Shown: positions 37,915 through 49,773 of the stretch, piece after piece
How positions within the stretch are numbered: position 1 is the stretch's first letter
Layout: the number at the start of each line of letters is the position of its first letter
Assembly (NCBI RefSeq): GCF_009914755.1
Contig: NC_060944.1
DNA: 64,000 bases
Origin: the human T2T-CHM13v2.0 reference genome, Homo sapiens
Reading direction: 5' to 3' (one strand)
Program-made: the position numbers and the translations under genes
The notes under the pieces: generated by a model
Seen by the model: the letters and a program-made list of their open reading frames with translations, nothing else
Databases searched by the model: none
Told to the model about the DNA's origin: nothing

Positions 37915-39340
37915 GTGAGTGGGGCTGGCGGGGTAAGTGCTGGCAGGGGTGGCTGAGGGCAGTGTTGCAGGAGTGAGGGTAACTGGCCGGAGCCAGCCCC
38001 GCCCCCTGCCTTCGTGTACCCCTTGTCTGCATGGCCCTGGGGCTGCTGCAAGAGTTGGCAGGGGAGGAGGGTCCGCCCTGAGGCCCAAAGCTGATGTAAG
38101 GGACTCCGGCTTTCTCATGTGGACCCTGCTCAGGGCTCCAGGCCGCTGTGCCCGGGAGCCTCAGTGCAACCCCTGCGTGGTGTCCAGCCCACCTTGCCAG
38201 GACCAAGGGGCACAGTCACTAGGCGCTGGGTGGCACCAGGTCCAATGGCGGCAGACCTCATGCTCCGGCTGGGAACCTGGCACTTGCCTGGGAAGGAGTT
38301 TGATGTGGGATAAGTGACGAGGGACAGAGCCCCAAGGCCACACCCATGTTTCCCTGAAAGCACCATGTTGGCTCCATCAGCCACATAGAGGTGGAGGGAC
38401 AGAGCCCTGAGACCACACCCACGTCTGCCCGTAAGCACCGTGTCTGCTCCGGCAGCCACATAGGGGTGTGGAAAAGACCGAGCAAATCTGGAGAGTCAGA
38501 ACTTTAAGGGGAAAAATAACATGAAGCAGCTCATGGCTGCTTCACAGCTACCTAAGAGTAAAGATCTATGTTATAACTCTATGCTAGGCAGCTGAGCTCA
38601 CTGCCCTGGGGCAGCCCTGGGCCCCTCACTGGCTTCCTGCTCCTGTTTGTTGAGATGTAGGGAAGCCCCATGGCCCGTCCGACATGGCCGAGTTGACCCA
38701 GTGCACGGCCCGCCTGACCCCACTTCTCGGCGTCCCCCTGCCTGGCTTGGCTCTCCCGGGAAGGGCATCGTAGGATGGTCACAGGGAGCAGCTGGCCCCA
38801 GCCGGACTCTGCAGTGACCTCAGCCTCCTCATGTCCTCCTTGAGCTCTGCTCATCCCAGTCACCTGGCAGTGCTCGTCCCAAGAACCCAGGCGGGTGTTG
38901 AGATCACCTCACTCCAGCGAGGGGACGTCCCACCACACCGAGCCTTCCAAATCCCGGCCTGTGGGAGAGTGAGCGTGGCTGGGCGGAGGGGCTCAGGCCT
39001 CTCTGGTCCCTTTCCCCACCCTGGGCCCCTAATTCCTGCCAGTGTCCATCTGTGTGGCTACTTAGACGCCCTGCAAACGGGGCTTCGAGGGCCTTTGCCC
39101 TTTCGTAAGGGAAAGACAGTGCACTTGGCTTTGAGGGGGATTTTTAAAGATTGATGCTGACCCATATCAGGCCCAGTGGCAACTGCACAGACTCATCTAA
39201 CTTAAAGAGGCCCATGAGGGGAGTGGGCCGGAGATGCAGAATGGCGGGTGCGGGGCTTCTCCCAGGCACAGGGCCCCACACGGCCCTCCGCAGCCCCTGG
39301 GTGGTGCACAGCGGCCCTGACGCCTCTGCCTCTCTCGCAG

Positions 39341-39431
39341 CCATCTTCTACACAGCGGCCATCCTGGGCCCAGCTGCCGGCTACCTGATTGGAGGTGCCC
39401 TGCTGAATATCTACACGGAAATGGGCCGACG
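39341..39431 (+). CDS. SLCO4A1: SLCO4A1 exon 3
   Basis: tctctcgcAG acceptor; [18 protein letters not shown]; CG|GTGAGT donor; 91 nt, phase consistent. Confidence 0.97.
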
Positions 39432-39799
39432 GTGAGTGGCCGCGCACCCAGCTGCCTGCGCTGGAGAGGCCCACGTGTCTCTGGAAGGGGGTTCAGAGTC
39501 AGCAGGGCCCACTCTGAGTCAGGCCGGGCGCGGCGCAGGTGCTGGGCACCCCCCGGGCTGGAGGGAGTCAAGGCTGGCCTTGGCTCTGGAGGACTCGGAG
39601 GATCTGTAGGGGCCTTGGGAGTCGGCCCCAGGGCAGGAGGCAGGGCAGGCAGGCAGTGCCCGAGGCCTAAGCGCTTGCAAAGCCCAGCGAGCCCTGGCCA
39701 CTAGTTCCCTAATGAAACTGAGATTTTTCTGTTTCTTTTCCTTTCTTTGTATCTTGTGTGTGTGACCCTAGTTTCTGTAAATGTAAGCAGGAGAAAGCA

Positions 39800-39962
39800 A
39801 GGAGGGGTGGAGGGAGAGGCAGAGAGAGACAGAGGGAAAGACACGTAGAGACAGACCAATTCACAGAGACAGATGGAGATAGAGATACAGAGGGACAGAA
39901 AGAAGACAGCGACAGGCAGAGAGAGACAGAGACAGATGGAGATGGGGAGGCAGAGGAGACAT
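39800..39962. repeat. GA-rich low-complexity tract (intron 3)
   Basis: Direct inspection. Confidence 0.75.
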
Positions 39963-41075
39963 GTCCTTGCTGACCGCCAGTGCTCTGTGGGTTTGGGCCC
40001 CCCATTCATCCCTTGCCCATCCTGCACTTGTGAAGTTTCCAAGGTCCTCTGTTACTCGGCCTGGGCACCGCTGCACCTTGGGACTCTTTCTGCAGATGGC
40101 GCCTCTCCTGGAGGTCTCTAGCACTCTGACCTCTTACAAAAGCCCCTCTGGCCTCGGATTGATAATGTGGGGTCAAGTGTGTGCGTTCTGGGCAGAGCCT
40201 GGAGGTAGGCTGGAGCTCGTGTCCCGGGTCTGGATGCTTCTCTCAGTCTCTGTGCCCCTTCTGGCTCCGGGATCTGGGCCCACTTTGCACAAAGTGGGGA
40301 GGCAGAGCGGGGTCTGGCCCCCGGAGGCGGCCGCAGCATTTCTGCGCTGGAGCAAGCAGGTGCCGCCTGGCTGCAGCCTTGCAGGGTGTTGGCGCTCCCT
40401 GTGTCCTCTGTCTGTCTCTGCGGCTCTGCTCCCGGCCTTTGCTGGCCTTTTGCCCTCCCGCCGCTGCCTCACTGTGAAGACACATCCCCGAAAGCCCAGA
40501 GCTTGTCCTCACTGTGAAGACGCGTCCCTGGATGCCCAGAGCTTGGATGGGCTTCTACCACTCCACGGCCGCCTCAGCCCATGGTTATTTTCCACTCGCC
40601 TTTTCGTTTGAAAGCACTTATGTGCAAATTGCCACGTGCACAACAGTCCCTTCGTGGGGAGCTCTCAGTGAGCTCCAGCTGAGCCCTCTGGCGTCCCTGG
40701 GAACCCCATCTGTCATCCTCTGCACTGTGGGGAGGGATGCCTCCTCCCGCTGTTGCCTGGAGAGGCTGCTCCTCTTAGTGCCCAACCCCACCGTGGTCTC
40801 AGGACCAGGCCACAGGTGGCATCTCCAGCCCTGGAGCGTGGGCCAAGGCATGGAGCCATCTGTCTTGGGGGACAGCTAAGCCAAGGTGGTGTTTGCTTTA
40901 GTCTGCAAGGAAGGGACAGGACCTGTGGCCAGCAGCACCAGGGGCCTGTGTTGACCAGCGTGCAGACAGACCCTGGAGGTCTGCCCGGAGGAGGGGCCAG
41001 CAGCCCCCAGTGTGTGTGCCATGGAGGGCACAGGTGGGCTGCACGCTGACCCAGGTGCCACTGCCTCTTCCACAG

Positions 41076-41197
41076 GACGGAGCTGACCACCGAGAGCCCA
41101 CTGTGGGTCGGCGCCTGGTGGGTCGGCTTCCTGGGCTCTGGGGCCGCTGCTTTCTTCACCGCCGTTCCCATCCTTGGTTACCCTCGGCAGCTGCCAG
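41076..41197 (+). CDS. SLCO4A1: SLCO4A1 exon 4 (OATP superfamily signature)
   Basis: ctcttccacAG acceptor; [19 protein letters not shown]...YPRQLP; G|GTGGGT donor. Confidence 0.97.
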
Positions 41198-41734
41198 GTG
41201 GGTTTCCCTTCCCCAGCCCAGCCTTCACATTGGGAGACTGTCCCTTAGTCTTCGCGAAGGGGGCACCCCGTTTCCTCTGCTGTCTTTTTCCCCGCCATGA
41301 TCAAGTCTGCGGCACACCCTCATTCTCAGTGTTCTTCCCATCTGGGTGGAGAGACGCCTCCTGGCTGTGGCACAAGGCAGGTTGTGTGTCCATCCTGTCC
41401 TGTGGCCTCCCCTCTGCCCCAGCGGCTTCTCCCCCTCAGGCCACGGAACAGGCTTGTCCCAATCAGGGCAGGGCCTCCATCCCCTCCTTCCCCCAGCCCC
41501 ACTTTGGGCCCCAGCTCTCCCACACCTCCAAACCCGGCTTGTGCTGCATTCTCACGTGGTTTCTGTTCCAGTGCCGCCTCCCCGGGGCTGCGAGGGCTGC
41601 AGGGATGTCAGACAGTGACGTTCCCAGACCGGGGAGGGGCAGAGGAGTGGGGGCAGAGCCTCTCTCGGAGAAGTCCACCTCCGGGAGCCCCCAGCCCCCA
41701 GCCCCCAGCCCCAGCTCACTCTGTGCCCTTCCAG

Positions 41735-41846
41735 GCTCCCAGCGCTACGCGGTCATGAGAGCGGCGGAAATGCACCAGTTGAAGGACAGCAGCCGTGGGG
41801 AGGCGAGCAACCCGGACTTTGGGAAAACCATCAGAGACCTGCCTCT
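41735..41846 (+). CDS. SLCO4A1: SLCO4A1 exon 5 (central cytoplasmic loop)
   Basis: gcccttccAG acceptor; [14 protein letters not shown]...IRDLP; CT|GTAAGG donor. Confidence 0.96.
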
Positions 41847-43389
41847 GTAAGGACCGGAGTCGGGAGGGTTCCTAGTGTCCTCAGACCCTTTAATGGTCCC
41901 CATCTTGGGGGAGTCGTTGAGACCCCTCCGGGATCATGATGGGGACGCAGCCCCTAACCTCTGTCGTGACCCTGGGCCAAGAGATTAAGGAGCAACAGAT
42001 AGAGCCTCTGGGCCAGGGGCCGCAGACCCCGCCTCAGGGCTGCAGAGCCGTGGGAGAGTCCCAGAGTGGGGCCGGGGCCTCGGCCCGCACCCAGGGAGCC
42101 ATCACTTCACTCATACAGTGTGGAGACTCCTGTGGGCTGCGCCTGGCTCCCAGTGGCCACGGAGCAAATCCCTTCCACACCAGCAAGTCTCCCCGTGGCC
42201 TGTGTGTCCCGGGGTCCCCAGGGAAGCTGCATTTGACTTGAGACCCTTCCCTCACCATGACCCCCCACACTCTAATTCCCTTTCATCAGGCGTCACCTGT
42301 GCCGTACCCCCCGGGCCCTGGGATGCTGCCCCCCCATCTCCCTGCCTCCCTCAGAGTCTCTGAGGACCTCCCCCCTCTACCCGGCGTGTCCCGCTCACCC
42401 TCTGGGGAGGTTGCTTGCTTTGCCGTCTGCCTTGGCTGCCTTCCCTTTCTGCTGAGTGTGGTCCGGCCTTGCTTTGCTGTCTTGCTGCACTGCTAGGGTG
42501 AACCCGGGGCCCTGAGCCGGTGGGGTCCTAGAGGGACAACAGAGGGGCCCGGGCCCTCCCGGCCTCTCCTGGGGATCATGCCTTCCCTGGGGGGCTCTCC
42601 CCAGGGCTGGGCACAGGTGGCCCTCAGGGTGGCCACCACCCAAGTCCTCAGCGTCTGAGGCCCCAGCACGGGGAGACTCTTGTGCCCTTGTAGCAGCAGG
42701 TCCCTGAGCTCACAAATGGCTGTGTCTCACTGGCCATAGTGGGTGGAGGGTGTGGGCAATGGGTGAGTCCCTGCTGCCTGCCCTCAACCAGGATAGGAGG
42801 GAAGGCATCAGGGCCAAAGGTGGCCCCTCAGAAAGCCCCAAGCTGTCCACGGCAGAGAGGAGCAGGGCTGGATGAAGATGGGAAAGAGAGGCCTCATTAG
42901 GACCCTGATAGACCCCCCAAAGGAGCTGGGAGCTGCCTGCTAAGGAGGGTGACCCCATGGGCCAAGCTGACCCGGGGCCACGTTCCCAGGACTTGGGAAC
43001 ATCGTGTAGGCACTGGCTCACCCTCTCTCCTCCACCCAGCAGCAGAGCGGCTTAGAGCTGAGGGTCAGGCGCCCTGTTCCCAGCGTGGCTGTGAGCCCCC
43101 AGTGTGGACCTAGGAACCCTGGGGCTCTTTCAGTTCATCAGGTGATAAGGAGGTTTATGTCCAGGGTTAGTTCCCTAAACCAGTTGCTGGGAAGAAATAA
43201 ATCATGGGACATGTTCCCTTTATTAAAGTCATGACTAATTCTCTGGGCAAATTCAACACGAGAATTTCAGCCGAGCAATCAGTGATTAAGAAATGAAGTT
43301 TGCATAGCATTTCAGAGAGTCAGGGCCTCCTAACGCAGCCACACACCCCGGAGCCTGGGCAGGTCTGGGAAAAGCCCCAGGGAGGGACT

Positions 43390-43570
43390 CCCCCAGGGTG
43401 CCCACCCCAGCCCCATCCCCCCATATGCCAGGACCCCCCCAGGGTGCCCACTCCAGCCCCGTCACACCACACGCCAGAACCCCCCCAGGGTGCCCACCCC
43501 AGCCCCATCCCCCCACACGCCGGGACCCCCCCAGGGTGCCCACCCCAGGTCTGTCACCCCACATGCCAGA
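43390..43570. repeat. 46-bp C-rich VNTR, ~4 copies (intron 5)
   Basis: agggtgccca at 43395, 43441, 43487, 43533. Confidence 0.92.
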
Positions 43571-45467
43571 ACTGGCTGGGGAAGGGAGGGCATGGGCTGG
43601 GGTCTCCTTTGTCCTCCATCGTCTTGCCTTTTTCAAGACGTGGGACCCAAGTAGTTAACCAGAAAGAAGAGGCTTTTCAATCCTCAAGTCAGGAAATAAA
43701 TTTTGAAAGAACTGGGCTCTCCCATTTTAATCAGGGAAGGGGACAGAAAGAACCCATGTTCATGGCTGCTGAGGTCAGTCTGAGCGAGCCAGCGAACACC
43801 TCCAAGCAGGCAGAGTGCCTGTGAGGCTGGAGCGGAGTTTCTGACGCCAACATCAGCTCTGCAAGGCACCTGTGGGCCTGTTGGGGCTCAGAGGCTAACT
43901 AGGGCTGCACCGTCTGTTCCTGATTCTTCAGAATCCATTTACATTTGGCCACCTCCTCAAACAAGAGCATTTGAATGTTCCAGGCATTCAGAGTTGCGTT
44001 CATCGGAACCAGGCTCTAGGTGTGGCCGAGAGGAAAGAGCCGCCCTCCTGCAGGTGGGGGTGATGTGAGGCCGACAGTCTGCTCTGGTGAGAGGCTGGAA
44101 AGTGTAGGTTTACAGGATGTCACTAAGCTGCAGACGCAGGGGTTCAAGTCAGCGACACTGCGGTGTGAGCAGAGGCGACATGGACATGTCATTTATTGTG
44201 AAAATTTGCATTACTGTGGGCTGATGTGAGAGGCTATTGTGCCATGACCTGGGGCTTCAGGAACAGTCTCTGCCCCTGGTCTATGTTATGAGTTCCAGGG
44301 ACAGGACAATAGCTGTGTCTGCAAACACCCCCACCTGAGGCCGAGAGCCCCCCACTCAGTGGGGGAGAAGGGTCACGCACAGGAGCGTGCTGTGAACAGG
44401 ATGCAGGCAGCTGTGAGCTGGGATGAATGTGAGCTTTGCCCAGTCTGGGTGATCTGTGTACCCCAGAGAGAGCCGAGCCTCTCTTTGCAGAGGCGGTTTC
44501 CCTTCTGTCTGCCTCGATCACTGCACTGGCTGGGAGGGCTTTGCATGGTTTACACCATGCAACACGTTTTCCATCTCAGCATCTTATGCGCTTAAGCAGC
44601 GGTTGGGCGTTAGCCCTGCTCAGGCCTCCAATGCTAACAAAAACAGGGAGAGCCTCCATTCACCCCCCAGGGCCTCGTGTGCAGGGACAGGCAGCCCCGA
44701 CGCACTGCTGTCGGCCACCTCCTGGGTTAGAAACTGCAAGGCCTGATGTGGGGCCTTCCCAGCTTCCAGGGGGCTATGTCCTTATCCTGAGACCCCACAG
44801 CCAGGACCGCAACAGGCAGATGTGGAGGCTGAGGCTGAGCCCTCAGGGCCAGACGGCTCAGAGTTCCCACAGTTCCCCCCAGGGCTCCAGGCCCATGCAC
44901 CAAGGACTCGCCCCAGTTGAGGCCTCACCACCCCCAGGGCCACTGGCCCCCAAGTGCAAACCAAGCTAGCCAGGTCCGTCTACCCAGGGGCTTCTTGCAT
45001 GGAGGGTTCGAATCCCAGTGGCTTCCTGCCCCACTTCTCCCAGGGGCTGGCGGTTGGGGACTGGCCACAGTCCCCATTCCCGTGATTCCATTCCCCTATC
45101 CCAGGGCCTGTCCGGTCCTGGACTTGGTGGCCTCTGCCTGCCCCAGCCAGTTCCCTTTTTCAGGCCCTGCTGCTGGCCAGTGACGGAACAGGGTCCTGGG
45201 TCACTTGGGGTCTCTCCCCACCTGAGCTGAAGCTCTGGCCAAGGCACTGATAAGGTTTTTCCCTAATCAGGGACTGCAGCTTTCAGGACAAGTGGGCCAC
45301 AGGCATAGGCTCAGCCTGGCGCCCCCTGGGTTTCTCTGGAATAAGTGTGGGTGTCCCCCACCTGCCTGCACCCCACTCTACTCCCTGTCGGAACAGGGGC
45401 CCTTTGTAATCAGACCGGGGAGCTGACAGCCTCAGGAACAGCAGGTTCCTCCCACCCTGGGTCTGGC

Positions 45468-45603
45468 CCACTCTGACCCTCAGTCTCTTCTCCACACCCC
45501 GACCTCTGCCCACCACTCTGACCCTCAGTCTCTTCTCCACACCCCGACCTCTGCCCACCACTCTGACCCTCAGTCTCTTCTCCACACCCCCACCTCTGCC
45601 CAG
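45468..45603 (+). repeat. 45-bp VNTR, 3 copies, forming the exon-6 branch point, polypyrimidine tract and acceptor
   Basis: ctctgaccctcagtctcttctccacacccc at 45471, 45516, 45561; the third copy ends in the AG used by exon 6. Confidence 0.93.
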
Positions 45604-45758
45604 CTCCATCTGGCTCCTGCTGAAGAACCCCACGTTCATCCTGCTCTGCCTGGCCGGGGCCACCGAGGCCACTCTCATCACCGGCATGTCCACGTTCAGC
45701 CCCAAGTTCTTGGAGTCCCAGTTCAGCCTGAGTGCCTCAGAAGCTGCCACCTTGTTTG
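45604..45758 (+). CDS. SLCO4A1: SLCO4A1 exon 6
   Basis: ctctgcccAG acceptor; [11 protein letters not shown]...[19 protein letters not shown]; G|GTGAGA donor. Confidence 0.96.
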
Positions 45759-46759
45759 GTGAGAAAACTGAATCTTGGGGGTCCTCTGCTTTTATGTCAG
45801 TTCTCAGAAACAGAGTCTTCAAGGGCATCTTCTAGAAAGACCCAGACAGGGCACATGGCAGTGAGTGCCCTCCCACCCCCGCTGCCAGAGCAGGTGTGGA
45901 GAGCGCCACGGGGGCTGAGCGACTCTGTCCACAGGCCGGGAGAGTGGTGGTCCTGCCCTCTTTGTGGGACATGCTCCGTAGGTGGAAGGGTCCACGGTGG
46001 GCTCCACCCCCTAGCCACCTAGTCTTGGCTTCTGTGACTTGGTGCAGGAAGGGTTTGGACCTGGCTGTTCCATGAGCCAGGCACTGGTGCCTCAGGACCT
46101 CCTGGAACAGTGCAGCTGGGGGTTTCTCGGTGCCAGAGGCAGGCTGGCCTTCCCAGGCTGGGCAGGTCTGCAGAAAGTGGGGACCCCTCCTCAGAGCTGC
46201 TCCTCCTGCCAGCGTTCACAGAGTACCCTGGGCCATGGCAGAGGTGCCAGGCATGTGGGCCACCACCGCCAATCTACCGCGCTCTACCCTTCCAGGGTCC
46301 ACTACCTGGACAGGAAGAGGGCATCAGATGAGGGCTCCCCTCCCTCCCCCACAGGCCCATCCTGGCCTGGCCCCTCTGGGCTGACCTCACAAGCCCACAC
46401 TCCCACACTCAACAGCCCCCCAGAGGTCAGCTCTACTGCCCCTTGGAGAGCCTCCCCACCTGTCCCCCCAAATCTGTCCCCTCCCCACCTGTCCCCCCAA
46501 ACCTGTCCCCTCTCCACCTGTCCCCTCACCTGTGCCCTCCTCACTTGTCAGCCCAGAAGCTAGATGCCAGCTAATCGCAATTTTTTACTGTTGGTGGCCA
46601 CTCAGGCTTCGACAAATGTCCTTGTCACAGCCTGCAGGGACTCGGCAGAGGCCCCTGGGGGAGGAGGGGGTGTGGCTGCCCTGGAGGGGGGTCAGTGGAG
46701 GAGTCATTGGCTTCCCACTGGGGCAGGGGCCGCTGACCTTGGAGCACTCTGGGCTCTCC

Positions 46760-46851
46760 TCCTCCCCCCGCCCCGCCCCGCCCCCCCGCCCCCCCCTTCC
46801 CCTTCCCCTTCCCCTTCCCCTTCCCCTTCCCCTTCCCCTTCCCCTTCCCCT
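46760..46851. repeat. (CCCCG)n followed by (CCCCTT)n tract
   Basis: Direct inspection. Confidence 0.93.
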
Positions 46852-47074
46852 CTGAGGCATCCCCGCTGTGGGCTCTGGACAGAGGTCCCTCCTAGGGCTC
46901 TATCAGCGCAACAGCTAAGCACTCAGGTGTGGTGTTGAGTGCTGCCATGCAGGCAGGAATTGATCCCTCTATGCCTCAGTTTCCCCACCTGTAAAGTGGA
47001 CCCGGCTGATCCACCACCCTCTCCCACCACGGCCCCCTGCCTGAGTCCCTGGCTGAATCCCTCCCTCTCCCCAG

Positions 47075-47270
47075 GGTACCTGGTGGTGCCAGCGGGTGGT
47101 GGCGGCACCTTCCTGGGCGGCTTCTTTGTGAACAAGCTCAGGCTCCGGGGCTCCGCGGTCATCAAGTTCTGCCTGTTCTGCACCGTTGTCAGCCTGCTGG
47201 GCATCCTCGTCTTCTCACTGCACTGCCCCAGTGTGCCCATGGCGGGCGTCACAGCCAGCTACGGCGGGAG
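47075..47270 (+). CDS. SLCO4A1: SLCO4A1 exon 7
   Basis: ctctccccAG acceptor; [15 protein letters not shown]...[10 protein letters not shown]; AG|GTGAGG donor. Confidence 0.97.
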
Positions 47271-48439
47271 GTGAGGGCCAGATGGCACCTGGGTACGCGT
47301 CGGGGCCCCAAGCACCCGCGGTCCCTGGGCATGGAGGAGGAGTGGTGCAGCACTTGGGAGAGGTGGTTTTGAAAAGGGCTACGTCACAGGACAGCGGCAA
47401 GGGCAACACCCGCTCAGCAGGGCACCCGGCAGCATCCACGTGAAAAGGCACCATGCCAGCCCCCAGCAGTGCCTGCGCTTGGGTCCCGGCTGTGCCCCCG
47501 GGCAGTCATATGCCTCTCTGGGCCTCAGCACTCTGCTCTGTAGCTGTGTCAAATGGAACAACAGCCCTAGTGTTCGGGGTCCTTGAGGCTGGTCTCTCGG
47601 TGACATAAAAAGTGTCCCAGGATGTGCTCCTGGAGTTGCCATGTGCTGGGAGTGGGAGGGACACCTGCTGGTCAGGTGGCAATTAGGGAATATCCAAAAT
47701 ACACGTAGGTAGCCTGCACCTCGGCCCTGCCCTGCGGGCCCCGGGAGTGCACCTGCAGGTGCCGTGCAAGGCCGAGAAGCACAAAGCAGCCGTTGTGGCA
47801 TTATCGGAACCTAAGAGTCATCAGGGTGGACGGGGTCACTACGCTGTCCTCACAACAGAGGCCCTGCCCACAAAGGAGTGGAGGAAGCTCATCCTGGGCC
47901 ACTGCCAAGACATACTGTGAAGTGGGAAAAAGGAAGGAGTTGGACAATGGGCGCAGTGTGCTCTGATTCAAGTGAGAAGTGCAGATGTTTGTGACTGCCG
48001 AGGGGCGTGTACGTGCAGACGACCCCTGCAAATGCACAGCCGGCCTGTGGCTGGAGAACCGAGGACTGGGGTGGGGCCGGGGCCACGAGGCTGCCTTTGT
48101 GTACTTGGCGCTTTTTCTTTCCTAATGTTTGTATTTGATCCATATGAATGTGTTGCCTGTCCAAAAACAAATGAACTAGGGAAAGGGGCTGTGCATCAGG
48201 CGGACGGTGCTGGGGGGCATGGGTGTGCCTTCCTTGCGTGAGGAGGAAAAACCATTCTATCACCAGAAGGCAGTGCCCAGTGTGAGTGCCCAGCGTGCTG
48301 GGGGCGGTTGAAGCTTGGCAAGTTTGTAGACCCGAAATGCAGGCTGCATGGGGACGAGCCCCATGGCTGACCCTGTGCCTGCTGGGCGCCAGCATGGCTC
48401 TGGCCTGGACCCTACCACTCGCTTGTCCCCCCTCTGCAG

Positions 48440-48605
48440 CCTCCTGCCCGAAGGCCACCTGAACCTAACGGCTCCCTGCAACGCTGCCTGCAGCTGCCAG
48501 CCAGAACACTACAGCCCTGTGTGCGGCTCGGACGGCCTCATGTACTTCTCACTGTGCCACGCAGGGTGCCCTGCAGCCACGGAGACGAATGTGGACGGCC
48601 AGAAG
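48440..48605 (+). CDS. SLCO4A1: SLCO4A1 exon 8 (Kazal-like extracellular loop)
   Basis: cctctgcAG acceptor; [31 protein letters not shown]; AAG|GTGAGT donor. Confidence 0.97.
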
Positions 48606-48706
48606 GTGAGTGGAGCCGCTGCCTACCGCCCCTGTCCTCCCCTGGACCCTGGGAAGGGGCCCCCGTGCCTTCCCCTTGTAATCGGAGCTATTGTTGGGCT
48701 TCCCAG

Positions 48707-48879
48707 GTGTACCGAGACTGTAGCTGTATCCCTCAGAATCTTTCCTCTGGTTTTGGCCATGCCACTGCAGGGAAATGCACTTCAACTTGTCAGAGAAAGC
48801 CCCTCCTTCTGGTTTTCATATTCGTTGTAATTTTCTTTACATTCCTCAGCAGCATTCCTGCACTAACGGCAACTCTACG
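48707..48879 (+). CDS. SLCO4A1: SLCO4A1 exon 9
   Basis: gcttcccAG acceptor; VYRDCSCI...AGKC...ALTATL; CG|GTAAGC donor. Confidence 0.97.
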
Positions 48880-49171
48880 GTAAGCTGGGGTCGGGTGTGC
48901 GCTTGTCCAGAGCTTTCCTTGCAGCACCCTGAGGCGGAGCTCTGCAGATCCTGAGACAGGAGCACTCCAGGAAACACCCAGGTCTAAGCGGGCCTGTCTG
49001 TCACTGGTGGCAGGAGAGACCTCACTGTCTCTGATCTCTGACGAGGGGCTTCCCACTTGGGGGGGGGTGATGATGTGGCTGGGGACTGGTCCAGGAGGCC
49101 ACTGGCCTAGGGGGTGACTTGGCATGCAACCCCACTTCTGTGGGTGCTGACGCTGTGGTTTTCTATTGCAG

Positions 49172-49236
49172 ATGTGTCCGTGACCCTCAGAGATCCTTTG
49201 CCCTGGGAATCCAGTGGATTGTAGTTAGAATACTAG
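49172..49236 (+). CDS. SLCO4A1: SLCO4A1 exon 10
   Basis: ttctattgcAG acceptor; CVRDPQRSFALGIQWIVVRIL; G|GTACTG donor. Confidence 0.96.
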
Positions 49237-49624
49237 GTACTGTGCAGTGTGAGGAAGCCATGGTCAGTTGCACAGTGTGCTCACTGCACAAGGGCATGGG
49301 CAAGTGTCTAACCACCAAGGGGATGTGCTTCCCAGCAGGAGGCTGTTCCCGCCTGGGAAGGGGTCCATTCCCTAACTGTCCACTAGAGGGGCCCATCGTC
49401 ATTTATTTGCCCAAAGGCTTTCCCTGGGAGATCATGGGAAACTCGCAGCCCCAATGCCGAATGCCCAAAGAAAGGAACGTTTAAGCCCTCTTTGCACCCC
49501 CTGAGAACTCCAACGGCCAGTATCACCTTCCCAGAGCCCATCATTCCAGGCCTCTTGGCTGCCTGCCCCCTGCCTAGCCCCTACCCACCAGGAGTGTGGG
49601 TGCTGAGTGGGCTTCTCTCCGCAG

Positions 49625-49773
49625 GGGGCATCCCGGGGCCCATCGCCTTCGGCTGGGTGATCGACAAGGCCTGTCTGCTGTGGCAGGACCAGTGTGGCCA
49701 GCAGGGCTCCTGCTTGGTGTACCAGAATTCGGCCATGAGCCGCTACATACTCATCATGGGGCTCCTGTACAAG
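49625..49773 (+). CDS. SLCO4A1: SLCO4A1 exon 11
   Basis: ctctccgcAG acceptor; [32 protein letters not shown]; AAG|GTAAGC donor. Confidence 0.97.

Larger units (their letters stand above)
43700..47400 (-). ncRNA. SLCO4A1-AS1: Probable SLCO4A1-AS1 antisense lncRNA region (boundaries approximate)
   Basis: Mainly prior knowledge that an antisense lncRNA overlaps the middle exons of SLCO4A1. A minus-strand ATTAAA (tttaat ~43726) is compatible with a 3' end. Exons cannot be resolved from sequence. Confidence 0.35.

Noticed and set aside
40088-49397. CTCF-like motifs (tgcagatggcgc ~40091; ccactagagggg ~49380)
   Set aside because: Partial matches expected by chance in GC-rich DNA; cannot be supported without PWM scoring or ChIP data.
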